A DNA stretch of 54,899 bases from Candidatus Dormiibacterota bacterium (GTDB lineage Bacteria > Chloroflexota > Dormibacteria > Aeolococcales > Bog-877): NCBI GenBank assembly GCA_049583555.1, contig JBAUWA010000111.1, positions 1 through 54,899 on the forward strand, given 5' to 3'. Each line of letters begins with the position of its first letter. The stretch's first letter is position 1. The notes below the pieces were generated by a model that worked only from the letters and a program-made list of their open reading frames with translations, did no database searches and was not told the origin of the DNA. Of the stretch, positions 44,806 to 54,090 are shown piece by piece. A program made the position numbers and the translations under genes.

Positions 44806-47214
44806 TCAGACCACCAGGTTGACCTGCCGGTCCGGAACCACGAAGACTCGCTTGACGGTAGCGCCGTCCAGCCACTGCCGAATCCTAGGCAACGCCAGCG
44901 CCTGGTGCTCAAGCTCGTCGGCCCCGGTGCCGGCCGGGACCGTGATCTGGTCGCGTTTCTTGCCGTTGATACAAACCACCACCACAACCTGCTCGTTGGT
45001 TATCAGTGACTCGTCGGCAACCGGCCATGGTTGCTGGTGTACCGAGTAAGTTCCGCCAAGTCGCTCCCACAGTTCTTCAGCAAGATGCGGGCAGTAGGGG
45101 GCCAGCAACGGCGCCAACGTCTCCAGGGCAACCCGAGGAACCGGGCCCTGGTGCCCACGCAGCTGCTTGACAAAGATCATCATCGCCGCGATCGCGGTGT
45201 TGTACTTGAGCTCGGGAGTATCGATGGTGACCTGACGAATGCAGCGATGGCGTGCCCGAGCCAGCTCGCGCGGCTCGGTGGAGTCTGCGCCCGCGTCGGG
45301 TACCCGGTCGAGCAACCGCAGAACTTGGTTCAGAAAACGAGACGGACCGTTTATCCCTGTGTCGATGAAGTTGCCACTGTCTTGATAGGGGCCCAAATAG
45401 AGCAGATAGAGTCGAAAGGCATCAGCCCCGAAACGGTCAATGTACTCATCAGGAACCACCACGTTGCCACGGGATTTAGACATCTTGGCGCCGTCCATCA
45501 CCAGCATGCCGTGAGCCCGGAAGCGGGTGAACGGTTCATCAAAGTCGAGGTACCCCAACTGCTTTAGAGCCATGCACACAAACCGCGAGTAGAGAAGATG
45601 CAGCACAGCGTGTTCGTTGCCGCCGTCGTAGTAGTCGACAGGCAACCACTTCTTGGTGAGCTCTCGATCGAAGGCTACGTCGTCTCGAGTGGCTGAGGGA
45701 TAGCGCAGGTAATACCAAGCGCTGTCCAGAAAGGTGTCGGAGACATCGGTGTCACGCTGTGCAGGTCCGTGGCAGATTGGGCAGGTGGTGTTGAGGAAGT
45801 CGGGGTCACGAGCTAGGGGCGACTCGCCGGTGCCCAGAGGCCGGAAGTCGGCGATGTAGGGCAGCAAGACCGGGAGCTGGTCCTCTGGGACCGGGACTAC
45901 CCCGTCTCGAGGGCAGTGAATCGCCGGGATCGGCGGCCCCCAGTAACGCTGGCGTGAGATGCCCCAGTCACGCAGCTTGTAGCTGACGTAGGGCTGGCCC
46001 AAGCCCTCCTCGACCAGCGCCGCGGTGATAACCTCGCGGGCCGGATCCGGCGCGGCCAGCCCGTCGAACTGTCCGCTATTGATCAGCACCCCGGAGCCGG
46101 CGTGGCTGCCCTCGCCCTCTCCGCCCGAGACCACTCTCACCTCGGGAAGTTGTCGTGCCAGGGCGAAGGCGTGGTCGCGCGGGTCGTGGCCCGGCACCGC
46201 CATGATCGCTCCGGTGCCGTACCCGGAGAGGACGTAATCAGCGCTGAAGAGGGGCACGGGGCGGCCGGTGAGCGGATGTCGGGCATCTCGGCCGAGCGCC
46301 ACCCCCCGGGTCGAGTTCTCGTCGCCGCGTTGGCCAGCGATGCGGCGCCGCGCTGCCTCGGCAACGAACTCAGCCACCTCGGAGCGCCGCTCAGGTGCGC
46401 TCAGCTCGAGCGTGCGCGGGTGATCCGGTGCCAGCACCATGAAGGTGGCGCCGAAGATGGTGTCGGGCCTGGTTGAGAACACTCTCAGCGGGTCAGTACC
46501 TCCGACTGGGAAGTCGATCAGAGCTCCCTGGCTTCGTCCAATCCAGTGGCGTTGGAGCAGTTTGGTGCTCTCCGACCAGTCCAGCTGGTCCAGGTTGGCG
46601 AGCAGGTGCTCGGTGAAAGCGGTAATGCGCAAAAACCACTGCTCCAGCTCTCGCTCCACGACCACCGCACCGCAGCGTTCGCAGGTGCCATCCGCCAATA
46701 CCTGCTCGTCGGCGAGCACGGTCAGATCCTGCGGACACCACTTGACGTTGCGGCGGTCCCGGTACGCGAAGCCACCCTTCCAGAGGGTGACGAACAGCCA
46801 CTGAGTCCATCTGTAGTAGGCGGGATCGGTGGTGTCCACCGTTTTGCTCCAGTCGAACTGGGCCCCCAGTCTCTCCAGCTGACCGCGAAACCTGGCCACA
46901 TTGGCTGCGATCAGTTCGGTGGGATGCTTGTCCATCCTCAGCGCGAAGTTCTCGCTGTGGATGCCGAAGGCATCGAATCCAATCGGCTCGAAAACGTCGA
47001 AACCCTGCATGCGCTGAAAACGGCCGTGGGCGTCCGCTCCTGAGAAGGCGAACATGTTGCCGACGTGCAGCCCCTCGGCAGACGGATAGGGGAACATCAT
47101 CAGGTTGTAATAGGGATTCCGGGCGTGCTCCAGGTCCACCTGATTGAGCCCGGACTCGCGCCAGCGGGACTGCCACTTGGCCTCGATGGCGTGGTGATCG
47201 TAATCAGAAGCCAT
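44806..47214 (-). CDS. leuS: leucine--tRNA ligase
   Basis: 802 aa from ATG 47214 (MASDYDHHAIEAKWQ...). MFPYPSAEGLHVGN (HIGH region), TRPDTIFGATFMVLAPDHP (editing domain entry), KMSKSRGN. The upstream 110 codons of the ORF are not coding-like. Confidence 0.92.
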   Translation of the reverse strand: MASDYDHHAIEAKWQSRWRESGLNQVDLEHARNPYYNLMMFPYPSAEGLHVGNMFAFSGADAHGRFQRMQGFDVFEPIGFDAFGIHSENFALRMDKHPTELIAANVARFRGQLERLGAQFDWSKTVDTTDPAYYRWTQWLFVTLWKGGFAYRDRRNVKWCPQDLTVLADEQVLADGTCERCGAVVVERELEQWFLRITAFTEHLLANLDQLDWSESTKLLQRHWIGRSQGALIDFPVGGTDPLRVFSTRPDTIFGATFMVLAPDHPRTLELSAPERRSEVAEFVAEAARRRIAGQRGDENSTRGVALGRDARHPLTGRPVPLFSADYVLSGYGTGAIMAVPGHDPRDHAFALARQLPEVRVVSGGEGEGSHAGSGVLINSGQFDGLAAPDPAREVITAALVEEGLGQPYVSYKLRDWGISRQRYWGPPIPAIHCPRDGVVPVPEDQLPVLLPYIADFRPLGTGESPLARDPDFLNTTCPICHGPAQRDTDVSDTFLDSAWYYLRYPSATRDDVAFDRELTKKWLPVDYYDGGNEHAVLHLLYSRFVCMALKQLGYLDFDEPFTRFRAHGMLVMDGAKMSKSRGNVVVPDEYIDRFGADAFRLYLLYLGPYQDSGNFIDTGINGPSRFLNQVLRLLDRVPDAGADSTEPRELARARHRCIRQVTIDTPELKYNTAIAAMMIFVKQLRGHQGPVPRVALETLAPLLAPYCPHLAEELWERLGGTYSVHQQPWPVADESLITNEQVVVVVCINGKKRDQITVPAGTGADELEHQALALPRIRQWLDGATVKRVFVVPDRQVNLVV

Positions 47215-47335
47215 GGGTGGTCGTTGATGATACCGACCCCTATCGGGTGATCTCAGGCGGTCGCATATACTCCGGCCCGGTACGGCTCCCGGGACGGACT
47301 CGGGTAAGCGACTTTGGCGATAGCGAGGAGACGAA

Positions 47336-47989
47336 TTGGCGGAGACACAGCTGCCGGCAGAGAAAACGGCTGCCCGCAAGGGCAAGCCGCGCCTGCGAGC
47401 AGGCCGCAACCTCAAGGAACGCCACAATTTCATCGGCTTCCATGGCCACGGCCTGCTGGCGCTGATCTTTTTCGCGATCCTTGCACTGTCGGTTTTGGGG
47501 GTCGGGCTTGGCGTCGCCTCTGTCACCATCTTCTCGATCGGCAAGCCCGCAGCCAGACACGCCGCGGTCGGTACCTCCCCAAGCTCCTCGCCCTCGGCGA
47601 GCGCCCTGGTCGGTCACCCCATCGACGGCACCATCGTCGGGATCTCCCTCGGTGAGAACCAGATCGCCATCCAGCCGGCCGGCGAGCAACCGGTCCTGGC
47701 CACCATCACCGCCACGTCGGCGATCACCCGCGCGGGCGCACCCTCCTCACTGGGGCTCCTCATTCCCGGAGACGCGGTCATCGTCACCTTCGGCGCCGGT
47801 CCCAAGGGGACTCTGATCGTGGTGACCCTCGACGACATAGTCACGGTGGCGGGCAACCAGCCCAGCGGGCCCCTGACCCCTCTGCCTGGTGTCACCCCGA
47901 CCCCGACTCCTACCCCGAGCCCGACCCCGCCACCAACCCCGACCCCGACGCCAACCGGCGGCGGTCCGATCCCGGTGCCGAGTCCCTAG
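47336..47989 (+). CDS. membrane-anchored hypothetical protein with Pro/Thr-rich tail
   Basis: Basic N-terminus, one TM (LLALIFFAILALSVLGVGLGVASV), a beta-rich domain, and C-terminal TPTPTPTPSPTPPPTPTPTPT. Confidence 0.55.
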   Translation: MAETQLPAEKTAARKGKPRLRAGRNLKERHNFIGFHGHGLLALIFFAILALSVLGVGLGVASVTIFSIGKPAARHAAVGTSPSSSPSASALVGHPIDGTIVGISLGENQIAIQPAGEQPVLATITATSAITRAGAPSSLGLLIPGDAVIVTFGAGPKGTLIVVTLDDIVTVAGNQPSGPLTPLPGVTPTPTPTPSPTPPPTPTPTPTGGGPIPVPSP

Positions 47990-48004
47990 CCCGACCGCTG
48001 ACTC

Positions 48005-48694
48005 TCAGAGCGTGGCAACCACCCGGGGCAGCTCGATCCCTCTTCTCGCCAGGACCGCGAAGGGCGCCTCGGCCGAAGCTCGGGCGACCTCCTCCAGGGC
48101 CAATCCACTGCCCTCCAGCAGCTTCTGGGCCCGGTCTGCGGTCAACAGGCTCTCGGGTCGATGGGCGTCGGAGTCGAGCACCAGAGAGGCGCCGACCTTG
48201 AGGGCCACCTGGGCGACGTGGCCGTTGGTGAGCCCGTGCAGGCCGGCGGCGCTGATCTCGAGATGGACCTGGTGAGACTGAGCCTGCTCGGCGGCCTCAA
48301 GTGAGATCAAACCCGGGTGGCCCAGGATGTCTACATCGGAGCATCGGCTGGCCGCCAGGTTGAGTCCAGGCTGGGGGAAGTCGCCCAGGGTCTCCCCGTG
48401 AACCACCACCAGCTGCGCACCTAGAGAGCGGGCCCTGGCCGCAACCTTAGCCAGCCGCTCAGGTGGGACCCGGGTGACCTCAACGGCGGGGACGGCGGCG
48501 ATGCCCAGCTCATCAGTCACCTGGAGACAGGCGGCCACGATCTCGGGGACCCGGTGCTCGACGGTGCCCTCGTCGACGTGGTCGCTGCAGACGTAGGCGG
48601 CGTAGCCGTTCTGTTGACAGCGCCTGGCCATCACCATCGGGCCCGCATGGCCGTCAGAGATAGTCGTATGAGTGTGAAAGTCGAAGAGCGGCAC
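48005..48694 (-). CDS. PHP-domain phosphoesterase (histidinol-phosphatase-like)
   Basis: MPLFDFHTHTTISDGH N-terminal PHP motif, later VVHGE and DSDAH motifs. Confidence 0.8.
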   Translation of the reverse strand: MPLFDFHTHTTISDGHAGPMVMARRCQQNGYAAYVCSDHVDEGTVEHRVPEIVAACLQVTDELGIAAVPAVEVTRVPPERLAKVAARARSLGAQLVVVHGETLGDFPQPGLNLAASRCSDVDILGHPGLISLEAAEQAQSHQVHLEISAAGLHGLTNGHVAQVALKVGASLVLDSDAHRPESLLTADRAQKLLEGSGLALEEVARASAEAPFAVLARRGIELPRVVATL

Positions 48695-48746
48695 CTGCCC
48701 AGCTTATGGGAAGGTCTGCGCCAACTGACGCTGACCCGAAGCGGCT

Positions 48747-49709
48747 TCAGGCAGCTGGCGGGTGGGGAGGTGTGGCCGCCAGTCGCAGAAGCACTCCATC
48801 GCGCAGTCCCCGCTCCGTGACCACCAGTTCCTCGGCCTGGAAGTGCTCAAGCAAGCCTCGAAGCACCAGAACCCCACCCGCCATGAGCCGGGAGCGGGCC
48901 GGGCTGAGCCCGGTGCGCATCGCCAGCTCGGCGCTGGAGTGAACCATGGCCAGCCCCACGGCACGCTCGACGGCCTCTCGGTCGAGGGTGGTCCAGGCTT
49001 CGTGGTCCCCCTCCCCACGGAGTGAGTCGGCGGAATCCACGAAGGGGCGCCAGATGCCCAGCAGCACCGGTAGGTTGGCGGCGGTTCCCCCGGTGGCGAT
49101 CAAGACTCCCGCTATAGCGGGTGCCGGGGCCTCCTCCAGGACCATCGAGATCCTGGTCTCGGCATCCACCCGCTGGCGCTCGCTGGGGGGATCGTCAGCC
49201 CGGGTGATCTGGAGGATCCGATCCGAGCCCAGCTTGAGGCTGACCCCATCCTTGGGGCGGCTGCCGGTGCCGTGAACTATCTCCGTGCTGCCCCCGCCGA
49301 CGTCGATGACCGTCGCGGGAGCATCGGCGGCAACGTAAAAGGAGGTCCCGCCCAGGTAGCTGAGGCGCGCCTCAGCCTCGCCCGTCAGGATCCGAAGCTG
49401 CTCGCGGGTGCGCTCCCGGATCTGGTCGCGGAGTACGGGGCCGTCAGCGGCGTTGCGGATCGCCTCGGTGCCTACCACTCCCACCCGCTCGGCGCCGTCC
49501 TGGCGAGCCTGCTCGACTAGGTTGCTGACCAGTTCGGCGGTTTGATGGAGCAGTTCGGGACCAAGTTCGCGGGTCGCCGCCACCCGGCGTCCCAGGGCCA
49601 GCAGCCGGACAGCATGACGGCGCTCGCTGGTTCCCTCGTCGCTAACGGTTGCGACCAGGAGGTGAACGGTGTTGGAGCCGACATCGAGAGCTGCCAGGCG
49701 TCGCTTCAG
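48747..49709 (-). CDS. Ppx/GppA-family phosphatase (start codon non-canonical or gene damaged)
   Basis: DVGGGSTEIV and GTEAIRNA motifs. The conserved phosphate-1 motif LAALDVGSNTVHLLVA lies upstream of the first GTG (49583). The only in-frame candidates after the TGA at 49716-49718 are CTG 49709 and CTG 49697. Confidence 0.7.
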   Translation of the reverse strand: MKRRLAALDVGSNTVHLLVATVSDEGTSERRHAVRLLALGRRVAATRELGPELLHQTAELVSNLVEQARQDGAERVGVVGTEAIRNAADGPVLRDQIRERTREQLRILTGEAEARLSYLGGTSFYVAADAPATVIDVGGGSTEIVHGTGSRPKDGVSLKLGSDRILQITRADDPPSERQRVDAETRISMVLEEAPAPAIAGVLIATGGTAANLPVLLGIWRPFVDSADSLRGEGDHEAWTTLDREAVERAVGLAMVHSSAELAMRTGLSPARSRLMAGGVLVLRGLLEHFQAEELVVTERGLRDGVLLRLAATPPHPPAA

Positions 49710-50041
49710 AGTTCCTCATCCTCGTCTTCGGTGGGCTCGAGCCGGACCAGCACATTGCCGGTACCGTCAAGGCGCACGTCGAAGTGCTTCACGAAGATGG
49801 CGTCCGAGATCGGGGAGATGCCGGTTCGGACGTCATAGGTCTCGCCGTCGAGAGGGCAGGTGACGATGTGGCCCCGCAGTTGTCCCTCCCCGATCGAGCC
49901 TCCGCTGGCGCAGGAATTCTCGAGTGCGTGGAAGACGCCGTCGACGTTGAAAACCGCCACCTCGACGCCATCGGCGTCGATCACCCGCCCGGTTCCCTGG
50001 GGGATGTCGGCTACTTTGCAGACCGGGGCGAAGCCAGCCAC
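49706..50041 (-). CDS. Rieske-fold ferredoxin-like protein lacking the two His ligands
   Basis: 111 aa. FAPVCKVADIPQG..., ENSCASGGSIGEG...IVTCPLDGETYDVRTG is colinear with CxH...CxxH Rieske motifs, but H is replaced by S and by D. Confidence 0.7.
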   Translation of the reverse strand: MAGFAPVCKVADIPQGTGRVIDADGVEVAVFNVDGVFHALENSCASGGSIGEGQLRGHIVTCPLDGETYDVRTGISPISDAIFVKHFDVRLDGTGNVLVRLEPTEDEDEEL

Positions 50042-50239
50042 CGCCGCGATTATGCCGAAGTGTGGTCGGGTCAGCGCTGCGCGACAAGATCGCGACCCGA
50101 CGTAGGGTCAGCGCATACCCGGGCTGTAAGGAGTCTCCCCCCGATTACGATTCCGGCATCCGGCTCCGCTGCAGGACCTGCCAGAGCGCAAGAGCGCTCA
50201 GCCCGCCTCGGCGTCAATCACCCAACCGGTTTAGGCCCT

Positions 50240-50686
50240 ATGAATGATCGCCCAGAACCTCGCGGAGACCGATTCGACCACCCGACGAAGTCTCGTTTGG
50301 GTCGCCGGATGGCCCGCTTCAACCGGCTGGTGACCAACCACCTGACCGTGCGTTTCGCTGGGAGCTTGCCCAACTTCGGGATCATGGTGCACACCGGACG
50401 GCGATCGGGCAAGCAGTATCGGACTCCGGTCAATGTCTTCCCAACAACGGATGGCTTTCGGGTCGCGCTGACATACGGGAGCGACTCCCAGTGGGTGCGC
50501 AACGTGATCGCCGCAGGCGAGGCTCGCCTCATCACGAGACGAAGGGAATACCGCCTGGCCCACCCCGAGTTCGTTCATGACCCACGCCGCCGCGGCGTTC
50601 CACTGCCGATGCGCTTGATGCTCAGGTTGGTCGGAGTCGCGGACTTCCTCAGCCTCCGCGTGGCTAACCAGTCGACGGGCGGGTGA
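50240..50686 (+). CDS. deazaflavin (F420)-dependent nitroreductase family protein (DUF385/Ddn-like)
   Basis: 148 aa from ATG 50240. FNRLVTNHLTVRFAGSLPNFGIMVHTGRRSGKQYRTPVNVF is characteristic. Upstream of 50240 the ORF frame (from 49649) is not interpreted as coding. Confidence 0.75.
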   Translation: MNDRPEPRGDRFDHPTKSRLGRRMARFNRLVTNHLTVRFAGSLPNFGIMVHTGRRSGKQYRTPVNVFPTTDGFRVALTYGSDSQWVRNVIAAGEARLITRRREYRLAHPEFVHDPRRRGVPLPMRLMLRLVGVADFLSLRVANQSTGG

Positions 50687-50731
50687 TACCGCCGCCGTCT
50701 GCTGACCCCGCGGCCCCCGGCCGCAGGCCGG

Positions 50732-50944
50732 TCACAGGTGGTCGGCGGCTCGCTTGCGGCCGACCAGAAAGTACGCGATCGACCAACCGGTATTCACCGC
50801 GCTTGCCAGCCGCCATAGGCGCTTGCTGCCGCGAACCTGAGCTGGCGTCCGGCGCCGAAGCGATCTCCATGTGAGGGCTGTCACCGCCAGGTGTACAGCA
50901 AAGATGGATGCGAGGAGGGCAGGGCTGGGGCGGCGTCGGTCCAC
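50732..50944 (-). CDS. small membrane protein (PLDc_N-like)
   Basis: 70 aa, GTG start, two hydrophobic spans. The WR...KRLWRL...GWSIAYFLVGRKR pattern resembles cardiolipin-synthase N-terminal-domain proteins. Confidence 0.5.
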   Translation of the reverse strand: MDRRRPSPALLASIFAVHLAVTALTWRSLRRRTPAQVRGSKRLWRLASAVNTGWSIAYFLVGRKRAADHL

Positions 50945-50996
50945 TAGCTGATTATCCCAGCCGACAAATCCGTGACCGAAGGTTGATCGACCAGGG

Positions 50997-52205
50997 CTAG
51001 TGCACGGATCGCCGTGGTTCCGGCTGGCGGCCTAACGCGCCGCGGATCTCACCAATGACGTGCCGATCTCGCTCCTGATCGAGGGCGCCGGCTAGCGCAG
51101 CCAGCCCGGGATTCCCTCCCAGTTGGCCCAGCGCCCAGGCGCTGGCCCCCCGCACCAGCGGCGAACGATCCTCGCGCAGGGCTCTGGCCAGAGCGGGCAC
51201 GGCGGAGCGGTCGCCGGCGTTACCCAGAGCTATCGCGGCGTTGCGAGCCAAGCGCTCGCGGCCGCTGCGGTACATGGTGGTGGAGCGGAACCGCGCCTGG
51301 AATCCCTGTTCGGACAGAGACAGCAGCTCGATCAGGTCTGGAAAGGGCACCGGACCGCTCCGGCTCGACGACGGGCCGACCGGGACGGGTTGAGGTCCGA
51401 GCCGGGCATTGATCGGACAGGCCTCCTGGCAGAGGTCACAGCCGAACACCCACCCGCCCATGAGGGAGCGCATCTGCTCGGGGATCGGCCCCTGATGCTC
51501 GATAGTCAGGTAGCTGATGCATCGTGGTGCGTCTATGACACCGGGAGCGACCAAGGCGCCGGTCGGACAGCTGGGCAGGCAGGTCCGACAGCTGCCACAG
51601 CTCTTCTGGGAGGGCCGATCCTGGCCCAGCTCCAGGCTCAGAACCAGCGACGCCAGGAGCACGTACGAGCCCCCCTGGGAGGTGATCAGCTGGGTGTGCT
51701 TCCCGCAGAAGCCCACCCCGGCGCGCTCAGCGATGGCCCGATCCAGAGCGCGGCCGTGATCCACGAACCGGTGCCAGCGCAACCCCGGATTTCGCCGCGA
51801 CAGGCTCGCGACCAGGCTGTGCAGGGCTCGATCCAGCCGTCGGTGGTAGTCCTCCCCCAGAGCGTATGCCGCAATGCGGCCCCGAGGCCGCCCCGGCCTG
51901 GCAGCTGGCTGAGGGGGAGGAGCGAGGGCGGCCACTGCGGGCCGGTAGGGATATGTCAGAGCCACCAGGCTGCGGCCCCAGGGGAACCGCCTGCCCAGGT
52001 CGGCGGCCTGGGTGATCCGCTCCTCGGTGTACCAGGGCATTCCCGCCAGGCGGCCTGCGGCCAGGGCCTGGCGAGCCCGGTCGGCGGCCTCATCGAAAGG
52101 AGCGAGATCGGTGACCCCGACCTCGGCGAAGCCCTGACGCCGCGCCTCAACCTCCAGCAGGCGACGGGTCTTCAGGGTGTCCACTCGAGCCGTAGCGAGG
52201 ACCAT
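50997..52205 (-). CDS. queG: tRNA epoxyqueuosine(34) reductase
   Basis: CGSCRTCLPSCPTGAL, CISYLTIE, FGCDLCQEACPIN (4Fe-4S motifs) and C-terminal HEAT-like repeats (AAIALGNAGDRSAVPALARAL). ATG 52205 is preferred. Confidence 0.85.
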   Translation of the reverse strand: MVLATARVDTLKTRRLLEVEARRQGFAEVGVTDLAPFDEAADRARQALAAGRLAGMPWYTEERITQAADLGRRFPWGRSLVALTYPYRPAVAALAPPPQPAARPGRPRGRIAAYALGEDYHRRLDRALHSLVASLSRRNPGLRWHRFVDHGRALDRAIAERAGVGFCGKHTQLITSQGGSYVLLASLVLSLELGQDRPSQKSCGSCRTCLPSCPTGALVAPGVIDAPRCISYLTIEHQGPIPEQMRSLMGGWVFGCDLCQEACPINARLGPQPVPVGPSSSRSGPVPFPDLIELLSLSEQGFQARFRSTTMYRSGRERLARNAAIALGNAGDRSAVPALARALREDRSPLVRGASAWALGQLGGNPGLAALAGALDQERDRHVIGEIRGALGRQPEPRRSVH

Positions 52206-52249
52206 GGACGACGCCACCCGGGCATTGTGCGGCCCCGCTTTGCCATGAT

Positions 52250-52483
52250 TTGGCGGTGACTGACTCCGAGTTGACCGCGCGGGTGCGCGGCGTGGTCGCC
52301 TCCGGGCCCGCAAGTGACAGCCTGTTGGTCACCCAACCACGACCCGGAGAGGTGGTGATCCAAGCCCACCCCAGCTCCAATTACGTGGTGGTCCTCACCC
52401 CCGGGGTCCGGGCGGTGGTGGAGTCCGCTCTGCGACGATGGATCCCGGACCTGCGCCAGGTCCGCTTCGACCCCCATCACTGA
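52250..52483 (+). CDS. hypothetical small protein
   Basis: 77-aa ORF with a TTG start, divergent from queG. High GC3. No recognisable motif. Confidence 0.35.
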   Translation: MAVTDSELTARVRGVVASGPASDSLLVTQPRPGEVVIQAHPSSNYVVVLTPGVRAVVESALRRWIPDLRQVRFDPHH

Positions 52484-52569
52484 CCTGTCCGGGCTCCCCA
52501 GGAAAGGGGGCAAAAATGGGCGACGGGAGTGACCGGTATCCCGAGCCGAGAACTTAGGAGAGCGTGAGC

Positions 52570-54090
52570 ATGCAGGCCAAGCCCAGCGATACCGCGATCA
52601 CCGCCATAACCGCCGATGCCCTGGTGGTCCCCTACTTCCAAGCCGAGCCTTTGGGTCCGGCGGCGGTCGCCGTCGATCAGGCGTTGGAAGGCATCCTCAG
52701 CCAGATGCGGGCCGACCACGAGGCGACGGGCAAGTTCCCCGAGAGGACTGTGGTCCCCACCATGGGCAGGCTACCCACCCCCAGGGTCGTCTTTCTGGGC
52801 CTGGGACGTCCCCAAGAGCTGGATGGCTACCGGCTTCGGAACGCGCTCCAGTTCACGGTGCGTCAGATCCGCCGCTTCTGTCCCCGCCTGGCGCTTCTAG
52901 TCGACCCAGGACTGGCCGCGGAGCTGGCGGCGCAGGACCCCCTTCAGGGGGAGACCCTGGCCGTCTGCCGAGCAATTGCCGAGGGGGTGGCGCTGGGCAA
53001 CTACCACCTGGGCCAACTCAAGACTGGAGAGGACGCTAGCGCCATCGAAGAGCTGGAGGTAGTGGGGCTGGGGACGGCATCGGGAATAGGTGATGCCCTC
53101 AGCGAGGGGGTCGAGATGGGGGAGGTGACCAACCGGGCTCGGATGCTGCAGTGGCAGCCCAGCAATGAGCTCACCCCAACTCGGTTGGCGGCCGAGGCCG
53201 AACGGGTGGCCAAAGAAGGCAAGTTGGAGTTCGAAGTGCTGGAGCGTGCGGACATGGAGAAGCTGGGAATGGGTGCTCTCCTAGCGGTCGCCAGAGGCTC
53301 CCATGAGCCCCCCAAGCTGGTCTGTCTGCGCTATCGGCCCAAGGTCAAGTCCAATTCCAAGAAGGTGCTGGCTCTGGTCGGCAAGGGAATCACCTTCGAC
53401 ACCGGCGGCATCTCCCTCAAGCCCAACGCCGGGATGGTCGATATGAAGGCAGACATGAGCGGGGCTGCCGCAGTCATCGAGACCATGACCCTTGTCGCCA
53501 GGATGCAGGCCCCGATCGAGGTCCTGGCGATCGCCGCAATCACAGAGAACATGCCCGGTGGCGGTGCCATCAAGCCCGGGGACGTGGTCACGGCCATGAA
53601 CGGCAAGACGATCGAGATCAACAACACTGACGCCGAGGGTCGCCTCGTTTTGGCGGACGCGCTAGGTTATGCCGCCAAGCGCGGTGCTTCCCACTTGGTC
53701 GACGTGGCGACCCTGACCGGATCGGCGGTGGTCGCCATGGGGCGCGTCGTGACCGCGGCAATGGGTACCAGTCCGCTGCTCATGGAGCAGCTGCGCCGTG
53801 CCGGCGCATTGGCGGGGGAGAGGATCTCCGAGCTTCCGTTGAATCCCGAGTACAACATTGCCCTGATCACCGACATCGCCGATATGCACAACACCTCGGG
53901 GACCGGGGACGCCGGCTCAATCTATGCCGCGGTCTTCCTGCGCGAGTTCACCAACGACCTACCCTGGGTTCACCTCGACATCGCCGGCACCGCCTACCAC
54001 ACCGCCGACCTGCTGGGGCGGCTGGTGCCCAAGGGCCCCTCGGGGGTGATGACCCGAACCCTGGCCCACCTCCCGTTCCAGATGCTCTAG
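52570..54090 (+). CDS. pepA: leucyl aminopeptidase (M17)
   Basis: VGKGITFDTGGISLKP, NTDAEGRLVLADAL, DVATLTG motifs. ATG 52570 has AGGAG 9 nt upstream. GTG 52564 is also possible. Confidence 0.9.
   Translation: MQAKPSDTAITAITADALVVPYFQAEPLGPAAVAVDQALEGILSQMRADHEATGKFPERTVVPTMGRLPTPRVVFLGLGRPQELDGYRLRNALQFTVRQIRRFCPRLALLVDPGLAAELAAQDPLQGETLAVCRAIAEGVALGNYHLGQLKTGEDASAIEELEVVGLGTASGIGDALSEGVEMGEVTNRARMLQWQPSNELTPTRLAAEAERVAKEGKLEFEVLERADMEKLGMGALLAVARGSHEPPKLVCLRYRPKVKSNSKKVLALVGKGITFDTGGISLKPNAGMVDMKADMSGAAAVIETMTLVARMQAPIEVLAIAAITENMPGGGAIKPGDVVTAMNGKTIEINNTDAEGRLVLADALGYAAKRGASHLVDVATLTGSAVVAMGRVVTAAMGTSPLLMEQLRRAGALAGERISELPLNPEYNIALITDIADMHNTSGTGDAGSIYAAVFLREFTNDLPWVHLDIAGTAYHTADLLGRLVPKGPSGVMTRTLAHLPFQML

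Noticed and set aside
47880-47960. Short-period CCGAC/CCCGA repeats that superficially look like a repeat array.
   Set aside because: This is in-frame Pro/Thr low-complexity coding sequence (TPTPTPTPSPTPPPTPTPTPT) at the C-terminus of ORF 47336-47989. There is no repeat-spacer organisation. No CRISPR-like array exists anywhere in the window.
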